From Candidatus Woesearchaeota archaeon (GTDB taxonomy: Archaea > Nanobdellota > Nanobdellia > Woesearchaeales > UBA9642): a stretch of 64,000 bases of DNA. The notes beneath the pieces are model-generated. The model ran no database searches. It worked only from the letters and a program-made list of their open reading frames with translations, and was not told the origin of the DNA. This document shows, piece after piece, positions 46,287 to 56,342 of this stretch. The first letter of the stretch is position 1; every line of letters starts with the position of its first letter. The stretch covers positions 9,874-73,873 of the forward strand of contig JBBAAQ010000001.1 of the NCBI GenBank assembly GCA_041658255.1, in the 5' to 3' direction. The translations under genes were made by a program, and so were the position numbers.

Positions 46287-46778
46287 ATGGTAACTGTTGG
46301 CTTAAACTTTACAAAAATTGTTGCGGAACGTGCTGGCGCATCACAACAAAATATTCATATCCAGAATACGACGTCCATTCTTTCGGTAAAAGAATCGACG
46401 ATTGCTGACCCTAAAAAGTCTCTGCTTAAATTCGAATTTGAATTTACCTGTACGTATACGCCAGATATTGGAAAGATTCTTCTCACTGGTGAACTCCTTG
46501 AGATTTATGATAGGGATGTTGCAACAAAGATATTGACTGGGTGGGGCAGTAATCGCAATGTTGCGCCTGAACTCATGGAACACATCTTGAATGTGATCTT
46601 AAGCCGCGCAAATATCGAAGCACTTGTCATCAGTCGAGAAGTCGGTCTTCCTTCACCATTTGCAATGCCAAAAGCAACAGTTAATATTAAACCAAAGAAT
46701 CCTGAAGTCAAAACAGTAGGAGAAATTAGACCTGCAGCAAAACCTGAAGTCAAGAAAGACGATAAGAAGAAGAAATAA
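46287..46778 (+). CDS. Hypothetical protein with a Lys-rich tail
   Basis: 163 aa with ATG start. Beta-rich N-terminal half. C-terminal KPEVKKDDKKKK. Confidence 0.5.
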   Translation: MVTVGLNFTKIVAERAGASQQNIHIQNTTSILSVKESTIADPKKSLLKFEFEFTCTYTPDIGKILLTGELLEIYDRDVATKILTGWGSNRNVAPELMEHILNVILSRANIEALVISREVGLPSPFAMPKATVNIKPKNPEVKTVGEIRPAAKPEVKKDDKKKK

Positions 46779-46790
46779 GATTCTTTATTG

Positions 46791-46809
46791 TTTTTTTTAA
46801 TTTTTTTTT
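46791..46809 (+). terminator. Oligo-T termination signal (T8-AA-T9)
   Basis: Lies 13 nt after the stop at 46778. Confidence 0.45.
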
Positions 46810-46944
46810 AATATAGTTATTATTGTTATGTTTTTCTATACTGTTCTCTTCCATAACTTTCATCCTATTTGAAGTCTTCGACGGATATTTATAAGAGTTA
46901 GACTATACCCTAATATCTTAGAATCAATCTAAGAGGGGGCAAAC

Positions 46945-47973
46945 ATGAAATCGAAGAAAAATAACTTTTTAAAAAATATGTTTGGAGCATTATTTTTATT
47001 AGTAGTATGCGCATTATCTGTGACGTCAGTATATGCACGTGATACGCAGGAATTAGTTACTGCAACTGATATTCTTGCGTCAGAGTCTAGCGTTGCTTTG
47101 TATCCGACGCTTACTGTATCGGAAGGAACAACTGGTTCAAAACCTATTAGTATAGATACAGATGGTACCAGTAAACCAATCAGTATAAGCACCATAGATA
47201 CGACTGGCACAAGTATTGCTACGAGCGGAAAATTTAAACTCCGGATCGGAGAGCAACAAACCATTTCTAAGCATCTTGTTCTTACATTGACTGGTGTGAA
47301 TAGTGTTATAACCGAAAATAGTGTTATAACCGAAGATGCATTTGATGGTTACGCAATAAACTTTAATATCTATTCGTACGGCGGCGGTGATGTTGTTGCT
47401 TACGCAATCTTTACAGCTGATAAGGGGGAATCTGTGACTTATACTATTGATGATACGAATATACTCACCATAACACCCGTGGCTATAACTTTTGAGGACG
47501 GTATTCATAATCCTGCAGTAGTCTATTTTAAGTGGACAATTACAGGTAAGACTGTAAAAAATCATAATCCAGACATCACCGGCATCAGTGGACCACAAAC
47601 ATTAAAGGTTAACGAGAAAGGAAAATGGTCTATTTTCGCAAATGATAAAGACAATGATCCATTATCCTATGCGGTGAATTGGGGAGAATATGTTACCTAT
47701 CCGACTGCGCAATCTTCAAGCACTCTTGTTGCAGCACAGCAATCAACATTTACACACTCCTATGATTATGCAGGGACTTACACCATAACTGTTGATGTGA
47801 GTGATGGTAATGGAGGATCTGCACAAAGTACAATCACTGTAACAGTAGTCGATGAGGGGGATACTACTCCTACAGAACCTCCGCTTCCTGCAAATAAGGA
47901 TGCAAGACTCAAGGAATTATATAAACAACTCCTGAGAATCGTTGCAGAAATCGTACGATTACAGGCAGATTAA
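46945..47973 (+). CDS. Secreted PKD-domain protein
   Basis: GAGGGGG SD and a signal peptide. NHNPDITGISGPQTLKVNEKGKWSIFANDKDNDPLSYAVNWGE...YDYAGTYTITVDVSDGNGGS is a PKD domain. Confidence 0.7.
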   Translation: MKSKKNNFLKNMFGALFLLVVCALSVTSVYARDTQELVTATDILASESSVALYPTLTVSEGTTGSKPISIDTDGTSKPISISTIDTTGTSIATSGKFKLRIGEQQTISKHLVLTLTGVNSVITENSVITEDAFDGYAINFNIYSYGGGDVVAYAIFTADKGESVTYTIDDTNILTITPVAITFEDGIHNPAVVYFKWTITGKTVKNHNPDITGISGPQTLKVNEKGKWSIFANDKDNDPLSYAVNWGEYVTYPTAQSSSTLVAAQQSTFTHSYDYAGTYTITVDVSDGNGGSAQSTITVTVVDEGDTTPTEPPLPANKDARLKELYKQLLRIVAEIVRLQAD

Positions 47974-47975
47974 AG

Positions 47976-47991
47976 TTTTTTTATTTTTTTT
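47976..47991 (+). terminator. Oligo-T termination signal (T7-A-T8)
   Basis: Lies 3 nt after the stop at 47973. Confidence 0.45.
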
Positions 47992-48104
47992 ACTGTTTTT
48001 CCATAACATTTATATCCCTTCTTAACCCCCGATTCATACATAAGACTTATAAATACGAAGTATTTTTTAGGGTGTAAGGACGAGCAGTATGCGGGGTGGA
48101 TTAT

Positions 48105-50444
48105 ATGTCTAAAGACATCATGAAGCTTAAAGTTGCTGAAGCAATCCAGGATGATGTAAATAAGGGAATTGTCAAAATCGATTCTAATTATATGAAGCAG
48201 ATCGGTATCCGGTCCGGTGATATTGTTGAAATCTTAGGCAACAGAAAGACTGTCGCAATAGCTGATCGCGCATACCCCGGAGACATGGGTCTCAATATTA
48301 TTCGTATGGACGGTCTAATCCGTAGGAACGCAAAAACCGGTATTGGCGAAGTTGTAACCATAAAAAAGGCTGTTATTAAAGAGGCTAAAAAGATCATTAT
48401 TGCTCCTGCACGTGAAGGTATTCTTGTTCGCGCAAACCCTCTTATTTTCAAACAAGGACTTTTAGGACGCGCAGTTGTCAAGGGCGATATTGTGGCACTT
48501 GGCGGAACACGAACAAGGCGCACTGCAATGACGCAAAATCCGTTCTTTGACGATATCTTCACATTCCCGAATGAGGAATCACTTATGGGCTTTGGATTCG
48601 GAGATCTCAAATTTATGATTGTAGATGTTGTTCCATCAAAAGAAGCAGTAATCATTACTGAAGGTACTGAAGTCGTGTTCAATCCAGAAGCAGTAACTGA
48701 AATCAAAGAGGATAAAGCGCCCGATGTTACTTACGAAGATATTGGCGGACTTGATGAGGAACTCAAAAAAATCCGTGAAATGGTCGAACTCCCGCTTAAG
48801 CATCCAGAAATCTTTGAACGTTTAGGGATAGAACCACCAAAAGGTGTATTACTCCATGGTCCTCCAGGTACCGGTAAGACACTTCTTGCACGCGCAGTTG
48901 CAAATGAGACCCAATCACATTTCACAGTCATCAATGGTCCAGAAATCATGAGTAAATATTACGGTCAGAGTGAAGAAAACTTAAGGAAGCGATTTGAAGA
49001 AGCAGAAAAGAATGCGCCTGCAATCATTTTCATCGATGAGATAGATGCGATTGCGTCAAAACGTGAAGAAACCCATGGTGAAGTTGAAAAACGTGTTGTT
49101 GCGCAACTCCTTGCAATCATGGACGGATTAAAATCCCGCGGCAGAGTTATTGTTATTGCTGCATCCAATATTCCCAATGTACTCGATCCTGCACTACGAA
49201 GACCAGGACGATTTGACAGGGAACTTGAGATTGGTGTTCCACGAAAACAGGGAAGACTTGCAGTATTAAAAATTCATACAAGGGGGATGCCACTTCTTAC
49301 TGCAGAAAATCTTAAGAATTATAAGGAACGCAATAAGGATCTGGATGATAAAAAAATTGTTGATCTTGATAAACTTGCAGAAATCACTTATGGTTTTGTC
49401 GGTGCAGACCTTGCATCACTTTCCAAGGAAGCGGCGATGGTTGTCTTGCGAAAAGTATTATCAGATATGATCTTACAAAATGATGAACCAGTATCTGAAG
49501 AAATTCTTGAAAAACTCGTCATTACCCAAGATGATTTTATTGAAGCATTAAAGACTGTTCGGCCATCTGCCCTGCGCGAAGTACTCATCGAAAAACCTAC
49601 AACTAAATGGGATGATATTGGTGGTCTTGAAGATGCAAAACAGGAATTGCAGGAAGCAGTGGAGTGGCCATTGCAACATCATGCAGCATTCTCACGACTC
49701 GGAATCAAACCACCTGTTGGAGTATTACTTTATGGTCCACCAGGTACCGGTAAAACATTACTTGCAAAAGCAGTAGCGAATGAAAGTAAAGCAAATTTTA
49801 TCCTTGTCAATGGTCCAGAACTCATGAGTAAATGGGTCGGGGAATCAGAAAAAGCTGTACGCAAAATCTTTGAAAAAGCGCGCCAGGCAAGTCCATCAAT
49901 CGTCTTTTTCGACGAGATAGATTCTATTGTTCCGAAACGGGGAACAGGCGGCGATAGTCAAGTGACTGAACGCGTAGTTAATCAATTACTCTCAGAAATG
50001 AACGGATTACAGGAGATGAAAGATGTGGTGGTCATTGGCGCAACAAATAGGCCTGATTTGTTAGATTCCGCGCTCTTACGACCAGGACGATTTGATCGTC
50101 TCGTACTTGTGAGTGTTCCAGATGCGAAATCACGTAAAGATATCTTTAAAGTACATATGAAAGGAATGCCGCTTGCAAAAGATGTGAAAATCGATGAACT
50201 CGTCAAACAAACCGACGGATATGTCGGCGCAGATATTGAAGGAGTATGTAGAGAAGCAGCAATGCTTGCACTTCGTGAAGACATCAATGTCAAAGATGTG
50301 AAAATGAAATATTTCTTTGACGCATTAAAGAAAGTCAAACCATCTGCATCAAAAGATATCGAAGCACTCTACCATACGTTCAGCGATCAATTCCGTAAGA
50401 CACGCGCAGAAGAGATGAAGGATAAGCCGACGTATTACGGGTAA
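48105..50444 (+). CDS. cdc48: CDC48/VCP-type AAA+ ATPase
   Basis: N-domain followed by two AAA modules, each with [11 protein letters not shown](R/K)AVANE and a Walker B ([16 protein letters not shown]). ATG 48105 preferred over GTG 48096. Confidence 0.97.
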   Translation: MSKDIMKLKVAEAIQDDVNKGIVKIDSNYMKQIGIRSGDIVEILGNRKTVAIADRAYPGDMGLNIIRMDGLIRRNAKTGIGEVVTIKKAVIKEAKKIIIAPAREGILVRANPLIFKQGLLGRAVVKGDIVALGGTRTRRTAMTQNPFFDDIFTFPNEESLMGFGFGDLKFMIVDVVPSKEAVIITEGTEVVFNPEAVTEIKEDKAPDVTYEDIGGLDEELKKIREMVELPLKHPEIFERLGIEPPKGVLLHGPPGTGKTLLARAVANETQSHFTVINGPEIMSKYYGQSEENLRKRFEEAEKNAPAIIFIDEIDAIASKREETHGEVEKRVVAQLLAIMDGLKSRGRVIVIAASNIPNVLDPALRRPGRFDRELEIGVPRKQGRLAVLKIHTRGMPLLTAENLKNYKERNKDLDDKKIVDLDKLAEITYGFVGADLASLSKEAAMVVLRKVLSDMILQNDEPVSEEILEKLVITQDDFIEALKTVRPSALREVLIEKPTTKWDDIGGLEDAKQELQEAVEWPLQHHAAFSRLGIKPPVGVLLYGPPGTGKTLLAKAVANESKANFILVNGPELMSKWVGESEKAVRKIFEKARQASPSIVFFDEIDSIVPKRGTGGDSQVTERVVNQLLSEMNGLQEMKDVVVIGATNRPDLLDSALLRPGRFDRLVLVSVPDAKSRKDIFKVHMKGMPLAKDVKIDELVKQTDGYVGADIEGVCREAAMLALREDINVKDVKMKYFFDALKKVKPSASKDIEALYHTFSDQFRKTRAEEMKDKPTYYG

Positions 50445-50447
50445 ACA

Positions 50448-51725
50448 ATGAGACACGTCAAACTCCATCTCGAACACGAAATTATTGAAGGACTTCTTGT
50501 CACCGAGGACGAAAAGCGATATACACTTAAATTATCGAGTGGGTATAATATCGGAATTCAAAAACATCGCGTACAACGTGTCGAAGAAATCGTAATAGTA
50601 CCGTCACATTCTAAAATCGCAGAACATAAAACTCCGACACATCAAAGTACTGCGCTTCCAAAAATTTTAATCCTACACACCGGCGGAACAATCGCTTCAA
50701 AGGTGGATTATCGCACAGGCGGTGTGATACCAAGATTCTCGCCACAAGATCTTATTGAGATGTTTCCTGAAGTGAAGGAACTTGCAAGTATAGATAGTGA
50801 ATTGTTTAGGAGTATGTGGAGCGAGGATTTGCGGTTTGTGCATTATAATCTCCTCGCAGAACGAGTTGCTGTAGAGATAAAGAAAAATCCGGATATTAAG
50901 GGCGTTATTATTGCACATGGTACGGATACGATACATTATACCACTGCGGCATTGAGTTTTATATTCGAGCATCTACCAATACCTGTTGTTATTGTCGGTT
51001 CGCAGCGCAGCAGCGATCGTGGAAGTAGTGATGCAGCGATAAATCTTGTCAGCGCAGTCGCATTCATCGCAAATACTTCTTTGAACGGAGTTTTTATTTG
51101 CATGCACGAGAATATGAATGACGACTCATGCATAATACTGAATGGATTAAATGCCAGAAAGATGCATTCATCGCGCAGAGATGCGTTCAAGCCAATAAAT
51201 GTTCCTCCGATTGCGCGCGTTGATTATAATTCGAGAAGTGTTGAATATCTATCAGAGTATCCTGAATCAATATTAAATACTCCTGGAGTATTGAAGCTTC
51301 ACTTATTCAATCCGGGTTTAAAGATAGGAATCCTGAAAAGCCATCCGAACATGTTTGTTGAGGAGATATTATGTTATAAGAATTTTGATGGATTGATACT
51401 TGAGGGTACGGGATTGTGCAATTTTCCTGTCAACAAGATTGATGAATATACTGATGAGCATGTGAACATAATGGATGCATTGCGTTCTCTTGCACAAAAA
51501 ATGCCTGTTGTGATGGCGCTACAGACCGTCTATGGCAGAGTCAATATGAATGTCTATCAGACAGGAAGAGATTTGCAGACAACAGGAATATTAGGAAATC
51601 ATTCATCACTCACTTCTGAGACTGCATTCATCAAACTTGCATGGCTTATTTCTCAGAAGTTAGATCCGCAAGAATATTTCATGAAGGATTTACGCGGAGA
51701 ATTGAGTGGGAAGAGTGTTGAATAA
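50448..51725 (+). CDS. gatD: Glutamyl-tRNA(Gln) amidotransferase subunit D
   Basis: Asparaginase-type core ILHTGGTIASKVDYRTGGV, HGTDT, and the archaeal GatD N-terminal extension. Confidence 0.95.
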   Translation: MRHVKLHLEHEIIEGLLVTEDEKRYTLKLSSGYNIGIQKHRVQRVEEIVIVPSHSKIAEHKTPTHQSTALPKILILHTGGTIASKVDYRTGGVIPRFSPQDLIEMFPEVKELASIDSELFRSMWSEDLRFVHYNLLAERVAVEIKKNPDIKGVIIAHGTDTIHYTTAALSFIFEHLPIPVVIVGSQRSSDRGSSDAAINLVSAVAFIANTSLNGVFICMHENMNDDSCIILNGLNARKMHSSRRDAFKPINVPPIARVDYNSRSVEYLSEYPESILNTPGVLKLHLFNPGLKIGILKSHPNMFVEEILCYKNFDGLILEGTGLCNFPVNKIDEYTDEHVNIMDALRSLAQKMPVVMALQTVYGRVNMNVYQTGRDLQTTGILGNHSSLTSETAFIKLAWLISQKLDPQEYFMKDLRGELSGKSVE

Positions 51726-51776
51726 TATTTTTTTCAAATAATTCTATTCTTGAATATCTTTTTGCACTGTATTTTC

Positions 51777-51931
51777 AAACAACAGAATTCCACTCATCTA
51801 TGATGGGTGGTCGAAGTGGAATCTGCTGTGCTCAGGAATCACCGGTCGTGGAATTCTGAGCGTCAAGAACCACATGATGTTTCATTAACTAAGCAGTCAT
51901 GCCACCAGTCTGTGACCGGTGGTTCTTGACA
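51777..51931 (+). repeat. GC-rich structured 155-nt element, copy 2
   Basis: 148/155 identical to 35234-35388, at a constant offset of 16543. Starts 51 nt after the gatD stop. Followed within 5 nt by cttttttatt. Confidence 0.8.
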
Positions 51932-51982
51932 AATATCTTTTTTATTCAAAATATTTTTAAAGGACCAAACCTTTGATATACG

Positions 51983-53587
51983 ATGTCTGGTCGTATGAAT
52001 GTTTTTGTTATAGGTGTTGTCGCAATTGTTGCAATAATCATAATCGTTTTACTCGTTCAATTATCTCCCTTTACCGCTGTTCTCAATCAAGATGATATGA
52101 TAGGAAACACGTTTGCCAGTACTCCTTATAATACTCTTTATTTAGTTGAAGAATCACAAATAACTATGCACGATGAATCTTCTCGTAATGTTACCCTGTT
52201 CTATCCCACTTTTGATCTTGTTGAAGAAGATGTGTTAGTAATAATTAATAAATCGCCAGAGATGCCGCTGCGTCCTATTGATAATTCTACTATTTCGAAA
52301 ACAACCATTATTGAAGAAGATAGATTTATGTATATTAAAGTAGTTGATGAATCCTATGAGCTTCTTCCTGTCAAAAAAAATCTTAGTGTTCTTGTGATTG
52401 CAATCAATATTGAAGGCAATACGACTTCACTTTCTATTAAAGATAGCAATTTCTTTAATTACACGCATTTCACACCTGCAAGCATCCCTCAGATAAATGA
52501 TACCTTTTTCGGCGATAAGTCTCTCCAGGGATATATGCAGTACATTTCTCACGGCCAATTAAATATTGTCGGCGATGTTATCGGGCCCTATTTGATTAAT
52601 CTTTCAACACTTTCTGATAACTGTTATTTCACAAATTATATGTTTTATGCTTTTTCTGATAATAGAAAATGTGATGTTAAATTCCGCAACGCAGTACTCC
52701 AGTTAAGTCCGAAAAATGTATCTGCATATGATTATATCTTTTTTGTTTGGCCGAAACTGAATAGTTCTGAAGTAGGGTTTAGTGGACAAGTAATGACTCC
52801 TCAGATTATATACATCAATGGATTTTATAGTAAGAAAGAAATTTCTCTCTATGTTCTAGCCCATGAATTAGTGCATACGTTTCATAATGGTTCAGCAGAG
52901 TATGATTTTTCTCATGTTCACGGGTTTGGTTGCCCATTTCTCAACACCACCCTACGAATAGTGTCTGTTCCTAATTTAGATAATAAGTCTTGTGTGAGTG
53001 TAGATTATGGTGATCCGTATGATTTGATGGGTCCAAGTACATTATTGTGGTCACCAAATTTTAACGGAGTCACCGGGTTGCACGGATATGCTGCAAAACA
53101 ATTCAATAACTATTTCAATCTCTCATTCATGCCTGATTCTGCAGTGCAAAAATTACCTTCATTCCCCAATTCTTCTGAAGTTGTATTATCGCCGGTGATG
53201 AGTAGTTCAGGGACAAAAATGCTCATTCTTCCTATTAATGTGAATAGAGAAAGCGACGGGAAATACGTTGTTGATTTCAGATCCTGGACATCTTGGGAAC
53301 CATATAATTTTTCTTCACCGATTCTTAACGGGGTATCACTGCATTTTATTAAAAATTATGATTCGACACTTCTCGATATGCATCCTGAAACTGCAAGTTT
53401 TGAAGATGCAATGCTTTTGATTAATGAATCGATATTGTTGAGTATACCTATTCCTGGACGGTATTCGGGGTTTGAGTGGCATTATTATGATTATTGGTAT
53501 ATCAAAGTCCTCGGAAAGACTCCTGAAGGAAATATGCGATTAAATGTGACATATTATACATATCTTCCTTCGGGTTTAGGAAAATAA
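51983..53587 (+). CDS. Membrane-anchored exported protein with an HExxH motif (putative zincin metalloprotease), many N-glycosylation sequons
   Basis: N-terminal TM. VLAHELVHTFHNG. Numerous N-x-S/T sites. Confidence 0.45.
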   Translation: MSGRMNVFVIGVVAIVAIIIIVLLVQLSPFTAVLNQDDMIGNTFASTPYNTLYLVEESQITMHDESSRNVTLFYPTFDLVEEDVLVIINKSPEMPLRPIDNSTISKTTIIEEDRFMYIKVVDESYELLPVKKNLSVLVIAINIEGNTTSLSIKDSNFFNYTHFTPASIPQINDTFFGDKSLQGYMQYISHGQLNIVGDVIGPYLINLSTLSDNCYFTNYMFYAFSDNRKCDVKFRNAVLQLSPKNVSAYDYIFFVWPKLNSSEVGFSGQVMTPQIIYINGFYSKKEISLYVLAHELVHTFHNGSAEYDFSHVHGFGCPFLNTTLRIVSVPNLDNKSCVSVDYGDPYDLMGPSTLLWSPNFNGVTGLHGYAAKQFNNYFNLSFMPDSAVQKLPSFPNSSEVVLSPVMSSSGTKMLILPINVNRESDGKYVVDFRSWTSWEPYNFSSPILNGVSLHFIKNYDSTLLDMHPETASFEDAMLLINESILLSIPIPGRYSGFEWHYYDYWYIKVLGKTPEGNMRLNVTYYTYLPSGLGK

Positions 53588-53666
53588 TATCGTAAATTAG
53601 TGGATGTAAGTATCTCTTTCAATACTCTTCTCTAATTTTATAAATCCTTACTGTTTATTGATATCT

Positions 53667-53909
53667 ATGAGAGAACTCCATGGACACGAAGTCATTGCAT
53701 TCATCAAGAATGTAAATCCGCCAATCAAAAAATCAGAATTACTTGCAGTATTGCAAAAAGAATTCAGTGACACAAAATTCCACACTTGTTCACAATCTGA
53801 TTTGACTATTGAGGGATTACTTGAGTTCTTAGAATCTGCAGAAAAACTGGTTTTTGTAAAGGGTATGGCGACAATTAATACTGGAAATGTGTGTAGTGAC
53901 GGTGATTAA
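53667..53909 (+). CDS. YecH-like (DUF2492) metal-binding protein
   Basis: MRELHGHEVIAFI...KFHTCSQSDLTIEGLLEFL...NVCSDGD parallels E. coli YecH (HGHEVL...FHTCS...). ATG 53667. Confidence 0.7.
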   Translation: MRELHGHEVIAFIKNVNPPIKKSELLAVLQKEFSDTKFHTCSQSDLTIEGLLEFLESAEKLVFVKGMATINTGNVCSDGD

Positions 53910-53911
53910 TT

Positions 53912-54715
53912 TTATTTCTGCGCGATCACTGTAAAAAATCCGGTCTTTTTTGGATTAAATTTTTTCTGGTAATCACCATATACAGTGAGATTCTTATATC
54001 CAACATCACGTACAGTATCGCGTAATTCTTCGCATGTAAGCGGATAAAGCACTAAATCAGACATTACGTTTGTTAGTCGATGCTGGTATCGCATTAATAT
54101 CATATCAGTTGCGACATATATTGGTGTTATATTAATATTTTTTCCACGGTAGGGGCCATTTGTAGTATTAACAAAATTTCCCTTAAGTAATTCATTATAA
54201 TTTCTTGTATCGATGACGAGAAATCCACCTTTTTTGGTTGTGTCATAAAAATTGTGTAATGACTTTTTGCGTTCTTCAGTTTTCAACACTTCAGTAAGCG
54301 AATTACCTGTACAGATTTCAACATCAAATGCTTGATTAAAGTGCTTGCTTAATTCTTGCCAATAATAATCAGTGATGATGAGTGCAATATACCGCTTTTT
54401 TGATTCATTTAATGCAAATCGCTGTAATTCTACGTCCGGTTCATTCGATATAACATTTGTGATTCCGTATTGTTGAAGTCCGATACTCGTTGCGCCAGTG
54501 CCCAGACAGGTGTCTAGTACGCGCGTGGCGGGCGTCATTTGGCATTCGCGGATAATGAAGGGTATTTCAATAGCAATACGTTCATCAATACTTGCAAGAT
54601 CGGAAAGTATTCCACTAAATGGTTGATCAAGATAGTTTAGTCCTTGTTGTTCTAAACGTGTGAATTGTTCTGCTGTTAGCTGTGATTTTACGTAGTCTGC
54701 ATAGTTGAATTCCAT
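53912..54715 (-). CDS. Class I SAM-dependent methyltransferase
   Basis: Motif I RVLDTCLGTGATSIGL. AGGTGA SD before ATG 54715. Confidence 0.75.
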   Translation of the reverse strand: MEFNYADYVKSQLTAEQFTRLEQQGLNYLDQPFSGILSDLASIDERIAIEIPFIIRECQMTPATRVLDTCLGTGATSIGLQQYGITNVISNEPDVELQRFALNESKKRYIALIITDYYWQELSKHFNQAFDVEICTGNSLTEVLKTEERKKSLHNFYDTTKKGGFLVIDTRNYNELLKGNFVNTTNGPYRGKNINITPIYVATDMILMRYQHRLTNVMSDLVLYPLTCEELRDTVRDVGYKNLTVYGDYQKKFNPKKTGFFTVIAQK

Positions 54716-54826
54716 GATATCACCTTTTGTATTCACTATGAAGTATTAACGGTAATATAAAATATTCTAATAGAATCTCTGTCAAAAAGAAAAGATTTAT
54801 AACAGAATTCTCCTTAATAATAAAGA

Positions 54827-55795
54827 ATGATATATAAACTAGATTTAAAGGACAAGAAAATCCTCCATGAGCTTGACTTTAACGCAAGGCAAAGTTATTC
54901 AGAACTCGCAAAGAAAGTCTGGCTTAGTAAGCAAGGAACTGAGTATCGTGTCAATAATCTTATCAAGAAAGGGATCATCACAAGATTTTATCCAGTTATC
55001 AATGTTCCAAAACTCGGATATTTCTATTGTCGTATTTCGATTATCTGGCAGAATGTTGGTCCTGAAGAACTCAAAAAAATTTATGAAGATGTCAAAGCCG
55101 ATACGCGGGTGTTCTGGATTTTTGAAGTGCAAGGGGAATTCGATTTTTTCTGCGGGCTCTGGTGCAGAACGCTTACTGATTTTAGGTATTTTGTAGATGA
55201 ATTTATGGTAAAATATTCGCGTTACGTAAAGACACATCTTGAAAATATTGCAACTGATGTTGTCCATTATGAACATCGTTATCTGCTCGGCGTGCAAGCA
55301 ACAGAGGAAATTCATATTGCAGAATCACCCGTGCGTATACCCCTCGATGAACTCGATAAACAAATATTAATACTTCTTGCAGAAGATGCACGAACATCAT
55401 TAGTAACTCTTGGTCAAAAACTTAAGGAGCATCCAAAAACCATTGCATATCGTATACAACGTATGGAAAAACAACAATTAATTGAAAAATATCGTATCGG
55501 TATTGATCATAATGCATTGGGTTATACCTATTACAAGATTTTTTTAAATATCAGTGATTTTAATCATCAGGAATTACGTAAACTCAAAGAATTTATCAAG
55601 AATCATCCTGCAACCATTTACTTAATTGAGGGCATCAATCTCCACGGCGATCTTGATTTCGAGATGATGATCAAAGATAATCAGGAATTATTTGATTTTA
55701 TTAAATTGCTTCGAAAAGAATTTCCGAAAATTGTCGGCAACTATCGGACTGCAATATTTATGGACACATTGAAAGTAAGGTATTTGCCGTTCTAA
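54827..55795 (+). CDS. Lrp/AsnC-family regulator with duplicated HTH modules
   Basis: LDLKDKKILHELDFNARQSYSELAKKV and LDELDKQILILLAEDARTSLVTLGQKL are two HTH_AsnC-type units. Confidence 0.75.
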   Translation: MIYKLDLKDKKILHELDFNARQSYSELAKKVWLSKQGTEYRVNNLIKKGIITRFYPVINVPKLGYFYCRISIIWQNVGPEELKKIYEDVKADTRVFWIFEVQGEFDFFCGLWCRTLTDFRYFVDEFMVKYSRYVKTHLENIATDVVHYEHRYLLGVQATEEIHIAESPVRIPLDELDKQILILLAEDARTSLVTLGQKLKEHPKTIAYRIQRMEKQQLIEKYRIGIDHNALGYTYYKIFLNISDFNHQELRKLKEFIKNHPATIYLIEGINLHGDLDFEMMIKDNQELFDFIKLLRKEFPKIVGNYRTAIFMDTLKVRYLPF

Positions 55796-55827
55796 TAGTT
55801 TTAAGAGAATAGGCAGTCACTTTCTAT

Positions 55828-56271
55828 TCACTCATTCTCTTTAAATTCTTTAACAGTATTGAATTGTTTTTTGAAATAGTCGATGTGGGGAAGAAATTCT
55901 GAATCTAAAACGTAGATATCGATGTGATTGTTTGGGAAATATTTTTTATTTGCAGGATTGTTTACTGTCCCGACCATTAATGCGATAAGTCCTTCAGGAT
56001 GTGTGTCTGGGGTAATATTGCTGATAACAACCTTGTTTTTCCCCTGTTCTGCTTCATAGATCGATAGTGCCGAATATTGTTTAGGATCCTTATTCTGTAC
56101 AGTCGGGAGAAGAAATGCATATCTTGGAAGCTTTTCTTTTGGAAGATTTCTTTCTTTAACATCAGACATAAATTCTGCGTAGTATATATTGACTTCTCGT
56201 TCGAAAAAAGGATCAGTTCTTTGGAAAAGGCGGAATTCCGTTGATTGAGATTTTGGTTGGTGAGAATCCAT
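55828..56271 (-). CDS. Hypothetical cytoplasmic protein
   Basis: 147 aa with ATG start. No motif recognised. Confidence 0.5.
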   Translation of the reverse strand: MDSHQPKSQSTEFRLFQRTDPFFEREVNIYYAEFMSDVKERNLPKEKLPRYAFLLPTVQNKDPKQYSALSIYEAEQGKNKVVISNITPDTHPEGLIALMVGTVNNPANKKYFPNNHIDIYVLDSEFLPHIDYFKKQFNTVKEFKENE

Positions 56272-56342
56272 ATGCTCAGATTCGATGTATTCTTTAAAAA
56301 TCTTTTCATAACATATTTAAACGCAAATCATTTCTAAAAGGT

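Noticed and set aside
47299-47334. Perfect 18-bp tandem duplication aatagtgttataaccgaa x2 inside the PKD gene (NSVITENSVITE).
   Set aside because: It is a simple in-frame slippage duplication in a surface-protein linker. It is not evidence of a separate element.
35234-51931. The 16.5-kb segment between the direct repeats read as an integrated mobile element or provirus.
   Set aside because: No integrase, transposase or tRNA target is present. The segment contains core genes (dys, cdc48, gatD).
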